DNA from: an uncultured Gammaproteobacteria bacterium
Lineage (GTDB): Bacteria; Patescibacteriota; Microgenomatia; JAMCZE01
Reading direction: 5' to 3'
Assembly (NCBI GenBank): GCA_964641255.1
Contig: CAZXMM010000001.1
Coordinates: 79,757-143,756, forward strand
Length of the DNA stretch: 64,000 nucleotides
Shown: positions 47,690 through 57,310 of the stretch, piece after piece
How positions within the stretch are numbered: the stretch's first letter is position 1
How the letters are laid out: each line of letters begins with the position of its first letter
The notes under the pieces: generated by a model
Told to the model about the DNA's origin: nothing
Seen by the model: only the letters and a program-made list of their open reading frames with translations
Database searches by the model: none
Position numbers and translations under genes: made by a program

Positions 47690-48328
47690 ATGAATAAAAA
47701 TTTAATTTACGTGTTGGTCACAATTGTTCTTCTTGTTCTTCTTGGCGGAGCGGGTTACCTGTTTTTAACTAACACTACTACTCCAGCGGCAATGATGGCA
47801 GACAAGCCCCAGGTAGTGGTAGATACTCCTCAAACACTCACAGATTTACTTGCTCTTGGTGAGTCACAAAAATGCAGCTATCAGGATCAAACCGAAAAAA
47901 CAAATGTGAGGGGAGTAACCTATATTGCCGCTGGTAAAATCCGCAGTGATTTTATCACTAGTGTCTCTGGTCAGGAGACCGGGGGGCACATGCTGCTAAC
48001 TAATAGTGTCGCTAATGTTTGGATGGATGGCCAAAAAACTGGTTTTAAGATGGCCCTGGATACTATCGGTGACACAACCGTCAACACTGAAGCTAGTAAA
48101 ACAGTAGACTTAAATAAAGCCATGAATTTTAAGTGTGAACCGTGGACCGTGGATGAAAAAGTATTTACCCTTCCCGGCGGTGTGAGTTTTTCTGAGCTAC
48201 CGACTTCAAAAATGTCGCCAGACGACAAAGAGTCCGCGTCCGGGGCTGCCAATAGCCAGTGTGTCGCCTGTAGCTATCTTACCGGTGAGGAGAAAGCTCA
48301 GTGCCTGGTCGCACTTAAATGTAATTAG
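47690..48328 (+). CDS. Membrane-anchored/secreted hypothetical protein with Cys motifs
   Basis: N-terminal TM; KCSY, CEPW.VDEKVF.LP, C-terminal CxxC...C...C. Confidence 0.7.
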   Translation: MNKNLIYVLVTIVLLVLLGGAGYLFLTNTTTPAAMMADKPQVVVDTPQTLTDLLALGESQKCSYQDQTEKTNVRGVTYIAAGKIRSDFITSVSGQETGGHMLLTNSVANVWMDGQKTGFKMALDTIGDTTVNTEASKTVDLNKAMNFKCEPWTVDEKVFTLPGGVSFSELPTSKMSPDDKESASGAANSQCVACSYLTGEEKAQCLVALKCN

Positions 48329-48369
48329 TTGTCCCCCGTTCTTCTTCTCTTGTGTTAGCATAGCAATGA

Positions 48370-49683
48370 GTGAAAAAAATCAACACCATTTTTATTGCCA
48401 ATTTGTCAGAAATTTCTCTAAACCTGGTGCACTTTATGCATCCCCAGGAGGTCGAAGCGGAGATTTCCGAAGACCATGACTTGTGTGATCGCTTTCTTTT
48501 TTCCCTGCCAAATAATTCGTTACTCCTGACTCCCTATCTGCTGGATCAAGACTTTTTTACAGATAGCTGCACACTTCTGCGACTAAGAAATATTATTAAT
48601 TTGGCTCCCAAAACCATTGGTCAGTCCATTTGTGAGGCCATAAATGCCGATGCCGATCTTTTTGAAAAGTTAGTCGTAACCATTAAAAATAATCCGGGAG
48701 TGGCTATTGTCTCCTACGCTGCCACCAGTGAGTTTCTAGCGCTAGTGGAGCAGCTACGTAAAAGACAACTGGTGTTTACCACTCCCGAAGCTCCAAGTGC
48801 TCAGGGCCACTGGGTTTATGATTTTTTTGGTTCCAAGTGCGGCTTTCGTCAGGCTAAAATGCCGGCTCCCCCGGGGTTCATCTGTTCTAATAGAGAAGAA
48901 CTACTGGGTTGGAGCGAATATTTTTTAAAGGAAACTGCCGGGTGTGTCATTAAAACCAATCGGGGATTAGCTGGGGCTGGACTACGAATTATTAGAAAAA
49001 CCGAAGTCGGCAAAAGCCCACGGGAATTTGTGGCCCAGATTTTAGACTCTGAAAATTACTGGCAAGATTTCCCATTAGTAGTTGAAGAATTTCTCCCGCC
49101 TGATATCACAATATGTGGGGGGGCACCCAACATCGAGCTAAAGATACAAGGTGGTCGAGTGACTCCACTTTACGTATGCAGTATGCGAATCAGTAACGAG
49201 GGAGTATTTCAAGGAATCGAATTTGGCAAGGATAGTGTCCCGGTGATCATAGCCAGGCAACTGCGGGTCTTTGGTTTAGAATATGGGCAAATACTTAAGC
49301 AGTATAACTATCGGGGGTTCTTTGAAATGGACTTTGTCTGGACTAGGGGCCAAAGGCTAGTTCCTATAGAGAGTAACTTGCGTCGGACTGGTGGAACTCA
49401 CGCTTTCGAGTTAGCCAGGCGACTGTTAGGAAATGACTTTTATCGCCATTTTTATCTTACTACTAACAACCGTTCTCCGATCCCTGCTTTAAAAAAACTT
49501 TCCTATCATGAGGTGCGTTCTAGGGTTGCCCCCCTGCTGTTCCCAATCGCTACAAGCAAGACAGGGGTAGTTCTTACTGTAACTAAGGGTATTGGTCACG
49601 GGCGGCTGGGTTATGTCGTCATTGGCAAAACGCGGCAGCAAGCCCACCAAATAGAAACGGCGCTACTTAGCTTACTCACATGA
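48370..49683 (+). CDS. Pre-ATP-grasp/ATP-grasp family ligase (Pgm1-like)
   Basis: SKCGFRQ, VIKTNRGLAGAG, VVEEFL, GFFEMDF, IESNLRRTGGTH. Confidence 0.7.
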   Translation: MKKINTIFIANLSEISLNLVHFMHPQEVEAEISEDHDLCDRFLFSLPNNSLLLTPYLLDQDFFTDSCTLLRLRNIINLAPKTIGQSICEAINADADLFEKLVVTIKNNPGVAIVSYAATSEFLALVEQLRKRQLVFTTPEAPSAQGHWVYDFFGSKCGFRQAKMPAPPGFICSNREELLGWSEYFLKETAGCVIKTNRGLAGAGLRIIRKTEVGKSPREFVAQILDSENYWQDFPLVVEEFLPPDITICGGAPNIELKIQGGRVTPLYVCSMRISNEGVFQGIEFGKDSVPVIIARQLRVFGLEYGQILKQYNYRGFFEMDFVWTRGQRLVPIESNLRRTGGTHAFELARRLLGNDFYRHFYLTTNNRSPIPALKKLSYHEVRSRVAPLLFPIATSKTGVVLTVTKGIGHGRLGYVVIGKTRQQAHQIETALLSLLT

Positions 49684-50890
49684 ATTTAGCTTTTGCACTT
49701 CGTCCCCGAACTCTGGATGAATTTTTTGGACAAACCCACTTGGTGGGTCAGGGAAAGATTATTAACAGGCTAATTACTGGGGGACAACTCTTTTCAATGA
49801 TTTTGTGGGGGCCACCCGGAAGTGGAAAGACGACTTTAGCAAAAATAATTGTCCAGTCACTTAAGACTGAATTTTTTGAACTATCGGGTGTTACTGCTGG
49901 GAAAGAGGAATTGTTGAAAGTGATTGCTCTGGCTAAGGAAAATCAAAAACAGGGTAAATCCACTATTCTTTTCATCGATGAAATCCACCGCTGGAACAAG
50001 TCCCAACAAGATGCCCTTCTCCCTTATGTAGAAAATGGTCTACTCACTCTTATTGGCGCGACAACCGAAAACCCCTCGTTTGAAGTTATTAGTCCACTTC
50101 TTTCAAGAGCAGGGTATTTGTTTTAGAGGGGCTAGCCGCAAGAGACTTAGAAAGAATTATTGACCAGGCTCTAAGTGACAAAGAAAGGGGGCTGGGAAAA
50201 TTAAACAAAAAAATAAACCAAGCTGGAAAGGAGCTCATTGTTCGGCTCTCGGGTGGGGATGCCCGCATTGTTCTTAATGCTCTAGAGATGGCAGCGACTG
50301 CTTATGATGAGAAGGTGATTACAGAAGGCATCATTCAAGAGATTTTCCAGACAAAATCAGCTGGTCTTTACGACAAAAAAGCGGATGAGCATTACAATGT
50401 AATTTCTGCTTACATCAAAAGTGTTCGGGGATCTGATCCTGACGCCGCCCTCTACTATCTGGCCCGAATGTTGGCAAGCGGAGAAGACCCAAAGTTTATC
50501 GCCAGACGCATGATCATTCTGGCCTCCGAGGATATTGGTTTGGCTGATCGGGGGGCACTAATTCAGGCAAATGCGTGCTTTGAAGCGGTCAGTAAAATTG
50601 GTATGCCGGAAGCCCAACTTACTCTTGCCCACGGAACACTTTATTTGGCTACTGCCAAAAAATCCCGAGGGGTGGCTAACGCTCTGGAAAAAGCTAAAGA
50701 AGTGGTGGTGCAATTTCCCAGCGAACCTATCCCGCTTTTCCTGCGTAATGCCCCGACCAAGCTAATGAAAAATCTGGGTTATGGTAAGGAGTATCGTTGG
50801 GGAGAAGATTATGTAGGTCCCACGGTCAAACGGTCTTTTTTACCAGATAGGATAAAAGATAAGAAATTTTACGAAGAAGCATCCAAATAG
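49680..50890 (+). pseudogene. rarA: Replication-associated recombination protein RarA/MgsA with a 1-bp frameshift near 50109
   Basis: N part has LRPRTLDE, GPPGSGKTT, DEIHR, GATTENP, PLLSR. The second frame from 50111 continues RVFVLE...SGGDARIVLNALE...IKSVRGSDPDAALYYLARML...ASEDIG. Confidence 0.85.
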
Positions 50891-50912
50891 TATTTTTGAC
50901 AGCTAAGGTATT

Positions 50913-51398
50913 TTGTCATACACTAGCTCTAACTTGAAAAACTTTCTTGTTATAGGGATCGTTTTTATCCTTGTTCTTATTGGCGGAGTGGTCTTTACTC
51001 TTAACCGCTACGGCTCTAATTTAAGAATAAGTCAACCGCAGACTACAAAAACGCCAACTATTACTGATTCAAAGACCCCAAACCCGACCCTCTCCAACCC
51101 GGCCTCAGAAAATTGTCTTGCCAAGGGGGGAACCTTAACTATGCAACAGCGAGGAGATGGGGGAGAGTATGGACTGTGTAATTTTGAAGATGCCTATGCC
51201 TGTGAAGAGTGGGCTCTTATGAGAGGTGATTGTCCGGTGGAAGGAGTAAAAACTACCGGTTTTGATACAGTGGCTCAAAAATATTGTGCTTGGGTCGGAG
51301 GACACACTCTGGCGGAGCCAAATGCCAAATGCACTTTTAAGGACGGCAAGGTTTGTCTCAATGACGACCTCTATAGTGGCAAGTGTTTGCCCAACTAA
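50913..51398 (+). CDS. DUF333 domain membrane-anchored protein
   Basis: N-terminal TM; NPASENCLAKGG...GLCNF...CEEWAL.RG.C, then a second Cys repeat. Confidence 0.8.
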   Translation: MSYTSSNLKNFLVIGIVFILVLIGGVVFTLNRYGSNLRISQPQTTKTPTITDSKTPNPTLSNPASENCLAKGGTLTMQQRGDGGEYGLCNFEDAYACEEWALMRGDCPVEGVKTTGFDTVAQKYCAWVGGHTLAEPNAKCTFKDGKVCLNDDLYSGKCLPN

Positions 51399-51973
51399 AC
51401 TTCTTCCTCAGTTACTTCATTAGGAAATAGTAAGCGAAAAGGGTAGCCCACGTAGTTTCTCTTAATTATCCCACAGTCAAATTTCTTTAGAAAAGCCACC
51501 ATCTCACTCGTTATTTCCGCTGGTGCTTTTCCCTTGCTGTCCGCCTTAAGTTCAATTTCCAAAAAGTCCCCCAAGCCTTTAACCGAGTCAATCGCAATTT
51601 CAAGACCTTGATAGAGCCAAATGCTTCGGACTTTATCAACAACAGTGAGAGATTTCAAATTAAGAGCTGTAAAAATATTCTTAAGCTGCTTAATGTCCCC
51701 AATAGAAGATTCATACTCGTCGCAATGGTGACAGCGACCATTTTTGTCGATGTGCCAATTTTTGTAATTGATGGAAAAATTACCTGATGAGTTTCGCAAC
51801 CTTAGCCATTCTTTTGTGGGTCGTGTTCCTAAGAAGTTGCGGTGCGCCGGAGTGAAATATTGATCAACTTGGTGTTTTTTACCCACAAATTTGCCGTTCT
51901 TTTTTAGGAATTGAATTAATCTTTTGGTTCTTTCAACGCGAACTTGAATTTCGATTTCAATCGAACTAGCCAT
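51395..51973 (-). CDS. CYTH domain protein (class IV adenylate cyclase-like)
   Basis: IEIEIQ, QVDQYF, WLRLR, DKVR, DSVKGLGDFLEIE. Confidence 0.85.
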   Translation of the reverse strand: MASSIEIEIQVRVERTKRLIQFLKKNGKFVGKKHQVDQYFTPAHRNFLGTRPTKEWLRLRNSSGNFSINYKNWHIDKNGRCHHCDEYESSIGDIKQLKNIFTALNLKSLTVVDKVRSIWLYQGLEIAIDSVKGLGDFLEIELKADSKGKAPAEITSEMVAFLKKFDCGIIKRNYVGYPFRLLFPNEVTEEEV

Positions 51974-51980
51974 GGTCGTT

Positions 51981-52234
51981 TTAAAACTTTATCCAATAAT
52001 TTACCACGCCCACTATCATGACAATGGTGAGAACTACGGTGGTTATAAAAAACCAATTTGCCCCGCTCCCCGGTAAGATTTCCAAGCTGAATAAACCCAA
52101 AAGGGCTAAACCATTAGATTAATAATTAGTGCCCACTCTGGATACTTAGCCGCCAGAGCAATGTTAGCGGCAATTGTAAACGTAGGAAGGATAAACTGGG
52201 TGGCAACATCAACTGAGCTCCTTTTAATTGTCAT
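51981..52234 (-). pseudogene. Disrupted small 3-TM membrane protein gene
   Basis: In-frame TAG at 52106-52108 and an apparent 1-nt loss in a T6 run near 52047-52052. Repairing both gives an 84-aa hydrophobic ORF ending VVNYWIKF*. Confidence 0.6.
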
Positions 52235-52268
52235 AGAAATTGACTCTACCACTACGACCTTGATGCTA

Positions 52269-52979
52269 CTAGAGTGGATAAGGTGTCCCATCAAACCTTA
52301 GAAATCTTCCATTAAAAGCTTCGTTCCAGTTATTAGTTATATCGACAATCATTCTTGCTTGATCAAAGGGCAGCGATTTGCCAGCGGGATTCATATCGGT
52401 TTTTACACTTCCTGGGTGGACAGTAAAAGTCCTGACATTTTTAGGTAGATCGAAGACTGAACAAAAAGTGAGCATATTTAGAGCGGTTTTGCTGGCTCGA
52501 TAGCCATAGTTTCCATTTGTGTTTTCGTTCTCGTCATGATACGAGGCTCTACCACTAGAAATATTGATCACATAACTAGGGTCGCAAGACAATAAGGGTA
52601 GGAAATTTTTTAAAACCATCATGGGAGAAATCGTATTAATATCGAAAATTTTTTGCAGTGTTTGGCGGTCCAGTGAGGTTAGATTGCAGACTAATTCCTT
52701 GTGGCCGCCAGTAACTGAGTCTTTGTTCGCCCCTGCATTATTTATTAGAAAATCGATTTTGTTTGCTACGACAAGGACACTTTGCACCGCATCTTTTATT
52801 GACTTGTCGTCTGACACCTCGATAAGAATGGGGATTACTTTTGGATTTTTCTTGAGTTGAGGATCGAAATCTTGTAAGTTTCTGACCCCCGCAAACACTG
52901 TAAAGTCCTGGGTTGAAAAATAGTCTACAAATCCTCTTCCGAGCCCGCGGTTGCTCCCAGTTATAAAAACCGTTTTCAT
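52269..52979 (-). CDS. SDR oxidoreductase (CsgA/C-factor-like)
   Basis: ITGSNRGLG, LINNAG, YRASKTALNM, HPGSVKTDM. Confidence 0.88.
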   Translation of the reverse strand: MKTVFITGSNRGLGRGFVDYFSTQDFTVFAGVRNLQDFDPQLKKNPKVIPILIEVSDDKSIKDAVQSVLVVANKIDFLINNAGANKDSVTGGHKELVCNLTSLDRQTLQKIFDINTISPMMVLKNFLPLLSCDPSYVINISSGRASYHDENENTNGNYGYRASKTALNMLTFCSVFDLPKNVRTFTVHPGSVKTDMNPAGKSLPFDQARMIVDITNNWNEAFNGRFLRFDGTPYPL

Positions 52980-53012
52980 AAAGCGCAAAGAGCCATCAGT
53001 AACAAAAGCTGG

Positions 53013-53399
53013 TTAACTTGTTTTTTCCTTGCTCTCCCACAGGCCAATGATATTGCCTTCGGTGTCCAGAGCCTTGGCATAGTAGCCCATGTCAGCTACT
53101 TGCTGTTTGGCCATGACTTCTTTGCCGCCGGCAGCGACCACTTTTTTCATCGCTTCTTCAATCGAGTCAACATTCATCACGACCACAGTTGCTTTGGAAG
53201 TGTCGTCCCTGGCGGTTATGGCGCCATTAATCGCTCCAGGAGCGCTGGGTCCTGTTTCTCCAGTCGGAGTGGTTACTGCCATGGCGTATTGACCAGGTGT
53301 CCCATAGTCGGTAAGTTGCCAACCAAACACGTCTTGGTAAAACTTTTTGGCTCGTGCCATGTCATCGGCGGGGATTTCAAAGTGTACGACTCCGTTCAT
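53013..53399 (-). CDS. VOC/glyoxalase family protein
   Basis: VVHFEIPADDMARAKKFY..VFGW, AGG, DTEGNIIGLW. Confidence 0.92.
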   Translation of the reverse strand: MNGVVHFEIPADDMARAKKFYQDVFGWQLTDYGTPGQYAMAVTTPTGETGPSAPGAINGAITARDDTSKATVVVMNVDSIEEAMKKVVAAGGKEVMAKQQVADMGYYAKALDTEGNIIGLWESKEKTS

Positions 53400-53438
53400 A
53401 GAATAGCCCGTTTCTAATCAGCCCGTGTAATTATCTAA

Positions 53439-54398
53439 TTAGGCTGAGAATAAATGATCCTGCAAAGAGTGGATGCTGTCAAGGTCGTGAATAGACACGG
53501 GGATAATAACTCGTTTAAGTTTCCGAAGTTGTTTAATTTTTTCTTTTAAAACCGCGCCTGAGACCAAATCAGTCTTTGTCAGAATGATAAGCTCTTTTTT
53601 CATTAGAAGTGTCTGACTAAATTTTTCCAGTTCCGCTCTGACCGTTTTGTAATCAGCAATAACATCTTCCGATTCGCAAGAGACACAGTGGGCAAGTACT
53701 TTAACTTTTTCAATGTGTTTTAAGAAGCGAATTCCCAGGCCCCTTCCCTCAGCTGCTCCCTCAATCAGTCCTGGTAGATCGGCAAGGATCAGACGTCTGC
53801 CATCGGGGAGGTCGGTCGTTCCCAAGTTGGGTTCTAGAGTAGTAAATGGATAAGCTCCGACCTTAGCCCTGGCAGCGGTTAGTTCATTAAGAAGACTACT
53901 CTTGCCCGTACTCGGTAGGCCAATAAACCCGACGTCAGCAATCAGACGGAGAATTGCTTTAAGAGTTTTTTCTTCTCCTGGGAGCCCGCTTTGGGCTTTT
54001 TCTGGGGTAGTATTACGAGCCGATTTTAGGTCGTTATTTCCCAGTCCACCAATGCCCCCTTTACAGATTAAGATACGCTCACCAACTGTAGTAACCTCAG
54101 TCACTTCTCCGGTTTCTTCGTTAGTGAGCTGGGTGCCTACAGGGATAAGCAGGGTCAGGTCTTTGCCACTTTCTCCTGCCTTTTGGTTAGCCCCCCCCGG
54201 TCCCCCGTCTTGGGCTTCAAACTTGGGTTGATGGGAAAAGCGCTCCAGAGCGGTCAGATCAGACGTACCCACGAGATAGACGTTCCCTCCGCTGCCCCCA
54301 TTGCCGCCGTCAGGCCCCCGGCGGTAATGATAAAAGGAGACTTTTCCGGCTCCACCGTGTCCGGCTTTGAGAGTGATTGTGACCTCATCAACTAGCAT
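53439..54398 (-). CDS. obgE: GTPase ObgE/CgtA
   Basis: AGHGGAG, GPDGGNGGSGG, GLPSTGKSS, YPFTTLEP, DLPGLIEGA, TKTD. Confidence 0.95.
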   Translation of the reverse strand: MLVDEVTITLKAGHGGAGKVSFYHYRRGPDGGNGGSGGNVYLVGTSDLTALERFSHQPKFEAQDGGPGGANQKAGESGKDLTLLIPVGTQLTNEETGEVTEVTTVGERILICKGGIGGLGNNDLKSARNTTPEKAQSGLPGEEKTLKAILRLIADVGFIGLPSTGKSSLLNELTAARAKVGAYPFTTLEPNLGTTDLPDGRRLILADLPGLIEGAAEGRGLGIRFLKHIEKVKVLAHCVSCESEDVIADYKTVRAELEKFSQTLLMKKELIILTKTDLVSGAVLKEKIKQLRKLKRVIIPVSIHDLDSIHSLQDHLFSA

Positions 54399-54473
54399 GA
54401 GGTCATTATAGTCCTTTAAGCTTAAAAAGGGTTCGTCGTAATTTGGCGGCTTTTTTGCTATAATAGGAACACT

Positions 54474-54794
54474 TTGAAAGCACAAATTATCCTCTCAGCC
54501 GCTAATATTTGTACTCGTTGTGGCAAACCTCGTGTTGTAGCAAGAACCTGGATCGAAGAGATCGAAACTTACAATGGTAAATCTAAGGTTACCCACACCC
54601 AAACGGTCTGTCCCGATCCTACTTGCCAAAAAATTGTTGAAGAACGGTTGGCGGAACGGATAGAAAGTAGCGCAAAAGCCGAAAAAGAAAGAGCGGAGCG
54701 TAAAGAGCTGAGTAATAAAAACGCTACTCCCAAAAACCGCGTACACATTAATTTATCTAGTGGTAGTAAAAAGTCCAAAGCAAAGAAGAAATAA
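54474..54794 (+). CDS. Small basic protein with a 4-Cys putative Zn ribbon
   Basis: CTRCGKPR...CPDPTCQ; Lys-rich tail; TATAAT upstream. Confidence 0.65.
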   Translation: MKAQIILSAANICTRCGKPRVVARTWIEEIETYNGKSKVTHTQTVCPDPTCQKIVEERLAERIESSAKAEKERAERKELSNKNATPKNRVHINLSSGSKKSKAKKK

Positions 54795-54808
54795 CCTAGG
54801 ACTTCTTC

Positions 54809-55945
54809 ATGACCGATCAAACTTTTCTTTGTCCCCACTGTCAAAAAGAGATTGCCCTGACAGAAGCGCTTTCGCACCAATTGCAAGACCGGTTACAAAA
54901 AGACTACGACCTTAAATTAGAAGAGCAAACCGCTGTAATCGCTAAAAAAGCCGAAGACAAATTACGAACGCAAGTCGAAACCGAGCTCAGAGATAAAGCC
55001 AATCAACTGGCTGAGCTGCGAGAGCAGAGCAAACGCGACCGAGCCCAAGTTTTAGAGTTAATGAAACTAACTCGAGAATTAAAGAAACAAGGCGAAGATC
55101 AAGAACTCGAGTTTCAAAAAAAACTAGCTGCAGGTGAGGAGGCCATTCGGCAGCAAGCGCGTAAAAGAGCCGACGAAGAATATCGACTAAAAGAGCTCGA
55201 GTTTCAAAAAAAACTAGCTGATGTTACCGCAGTAAATGATGAATTAAGGCGCAAGCTCGAGCAGGGTTCCCAGCAAACGCAAGGAGAAATTCTCGAATTG
55301 GACCTGGAAACAACGCTTCGGAATACTTTCTTAAATGATGTAATTGCCCCGGTTGAAAAGGGGGTGCGCGGCGCTGACGTCCAGCAAATTGTTAAAAGCC
55401 CTAAGGGGTTTATTTGTGGAACTATTCTTTGGGAATTTAAAAACACTAAGGCGTGGACGGACAGTTGGACCGCCAAGTTACTGGAAGACATGCGTAGTAC
55501 AAAAGCTGTTGTGGGAATAATTATTACGACTACCCTACCAAAAGATAGTAAGTCAGAGATGGAAGAGCGTAATGGGATTTGGGTGTGTACTCCTAAACTA
55601 GTATTGCCTCTAGCCACTCTGATTCGGCAAAAGATATTAGACGTTGCCTTCCAAAAAGCCATATCTGTGAATAAGGCTAGTAGGGCAGAACAACTCTATG
55701 AGTATGTAATGAGTATTGAGTTTAAGCAGCAAGTAGAAGCGATTGTTGGGGCAACCAGTCAAATGCAAAGTCAAATTGCCAATGAGCGGCGAGCTATGGA
55801 AAAGATTTGGAAAGAGCGTGAGGCTCAATTGACTCGGATAATCAGTTCAACAGCGGGTGTCTACGGTAGTATCCAGGGCAAAGTCGGTTCGTCCCTCCCC
55901 CCAATTCGTAGTCTTGAATTGCTTCCCGGTGGAGATGATAATTAA
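54809..55945 (+). CDS. DUF2130 coiled-coil protein
   Basis: CPHC, GSQQTQGE..E, GADV.Q, ILWEFKNTKAW...W..KL. Confidence 0.85.
   Translation: MTDQTFLCPHCQKEIALTEALSHQLQDRLQKDYDLKLEEQTAVIAKKAEDKLRTQVETELRDKANQLAELREQSKRDRAQVLELMKLTRELKKQGEDQELEFQKKLAAGEEAIRQQARKRADEEYRLKELEFQKKLADVTAVNDELRRKLEQGSQQTQGEILELDLETTLRNTFLNDVIAPVEKGVRGADVQQIVKSPKGFICGTILWEFKNTKAWTDSWTAKLLEDMRSTKAVVGIIITTTLPKDSKSEMEERNGIWVCTPKLVLPLATLIRQKILDVAFQKAISVNKASRAEQLYEYVMSIEFKQQVEAIVGATSQMQSQIANERRAMEKIWKEREAQLTRIISSTAGVYGSIQGKVGSSLPPIRSLELLPGGDDN
55106..55220 (+). repeat. Exact 25-bp direct repeat, 90 bp apart, within the DUF2130 gene
   Basis: CTCGAGTTTCAAAAAAAACTAGCTG at 55106-55130 and 55196-55220 (encodes LEFQKKLA). Confidence 0.9.
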
Positions 55946-55949
55946 ATCT

Positions 55950-57008
55950 ATGTTTAGCCAAAGAGGCAACCTACTCGTTGTTATTTTTGTTGCGGTTATC
56001 ATCGCTGTCACTCTTCTGACTGCTAGCCGCCTTGTTTACCAGTATTACAGCACTGGACAAAAGGAATCGAAAACCCGGAGCTTAAATTTAAGACCCACTC
56101 CTTTAGTGACCGGGATAGACAAAGATCAAAAAATTGAAAACTGGAAAACCTATTCAAATTCGCAGTATGCCTTTTCATTTTCCTACCCACCAGAATTAGT
56201 TTTCCAAGAAACTGTTGGTGATGCTACTTTGTTGCAAGTCATGTTCAATGATTCAGCAAAAAGTGGCCTGCCCCCGCTTTCAATTGAAGTGCGTGATGCA
56301 AAAAGTCTTGAGGAGGAGGTTGATTATCGACGCTGGAGAGTTATTGGGCACCTTGCTGACAAGATCGACTACCAAGAGAGTGTTACTGTTTCTAGCCAGC
56401 AGGGCATCAAGCTTGGTTATCAATTACTTTCCCCCAAAGAGACAAGACTATATGACGTTAGTGTAATTGTACCTTTTGGTGGACACTTTTATACTATCAG
56501 TGGGGAAAGTATGCTGGTACAGCAAATCATCACTACATTTTCCTTTACCGATCAGCAGAAAGCATCGGCACCAACGACGACACTAAACATTTTTTTCAAT
56601 AATAGTAAACTGAACAACGATCCTAATTTTTTGGAGTGCGGACGGGTCTACCCAGTTAGCAGAACCGTTCCCAAAACCAAAGCTGTTGCGACAGCCGCTC
56701 TACATGCCTGGCTTGCGGGGCCAACAGAAAAAGAGATCGCTGATGGTTATTCTGGGGGAACCCACGGTGATGTAACCCTTCGATCGGTAGCGGTTACAGG
56801 TGGGGTGGCCACGGCTGATTTTCATTTTGCATCCTCGCCAGAGTTTGATGGGCCACCAATCAGTCGATATATCCAAGGAACCTGTGGGACGGAATCGTTT
56901 GTGTCCCAAGTCACCACTACTCTTAAACAATTTCCTACTATAAAGGAGGTGCACTTAGCGGTAGATGGTAGTACCAACGAATTTTCCACTTGGGCAGGCA
57001 GTCCCTAG
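55950..57008 (+). CDS. Membrane-anchored protein with PsbP-like and C-terminal GerMN domains
   Basis: MFSQRG plus TM; WKTYSN..Y.FSFSYP; VYPVSR.VP...ALHAWLAGPT.KE; QV.TTLKQFPTI. Confidence 0.75.
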   Translation: MFSQRGNLLVVIFVAVIIAVTLLTASRLVYQYYSTGQKESKTRSLNLRPTPLVTGIDKDQKIENWKTYSNSQYAFSFSYPPELVFQETVGDATLLQVMFNDSAKSGLPPLSIEVRDAKSLEEEVDYRRWRVIGHLADKIDYQESVTVSSQQGIKLGYQLLSPKETRLYDVSVIVPFGGHFYTISGESMLVQQIITTFSFTDQQKASAPTTTLNIFFNNSKLNNDPNFLECGRVYPVSRTVPKTKAVATAALHAWLAGPTEKEIADGYSGGTHGDVTLRSVAVTGGVATADFHFASSPEFDGPPISRYIQGTCGTESFVSQVTTTLKQFPTIKEVHLAVDGSTNEFSTWAGSP

Positions 57009-57013
57009 ACAGT

Positions 57014-57053
57014 AAAAAGCCAGCGAGGTTTTTTAAAATACCAGTCGCTGGCT
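57014..57053 (-). terminator. Intrinsic terminator between convergent genes
   Basis: AGCCAGCGA (57018-57026) pairs with TCGCTGGCT (57045-57053); the adjacent A run gives a U tract on the minus strand. Confidence 0.7.
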
Positions 57054-57062
57054 CGAAATTTC

Positions 57063-57290
57063 CTACACGGATGGAGTCATATTTTCCTCTCCCGCCTCAA
57101 CCTCTGTGACCATAGTCATAACAACCGCTTTCATTTCTTCTGGTGTTTTACCGGCCATTTCCGGATGAGCTTCCATCACGTGGGCTTGAACATCGGCGTG
57201 ACCCATAAAAGCGTCTACCGCACTGTTCATATCCTCCGCTTGCAGTGTAGTTGTAAAACCGTCTGGACAAGTGAGTTTAAAGTTTTTCAA
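57063..57290 (-). CDS. Small protein, DUF1059-like
   Basis: Strong SD AGGAGGTGA before a TTG start; C...H..(AH)V..AH pattern. Confidence 0.65.
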   Translation of the reverse strand: MKNFKLTCPDGFTTTLQAEDMNSAVDAFMGHADVQAHVMEAHPEMAGKTPEEMKAVVMTMVTEVEAGEENMTPSV

Positions 57291-57310
57291 TAGTATTCAC
57301 CTCCTTTAGC

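Noticed and set aside
52106-52108. Possible TAG recoding or alternative genetic code
   Set aside because: rpmH, dnaN and others end properly at TAG, and dnaA and valS at TGA. The gene also has a second lesion.
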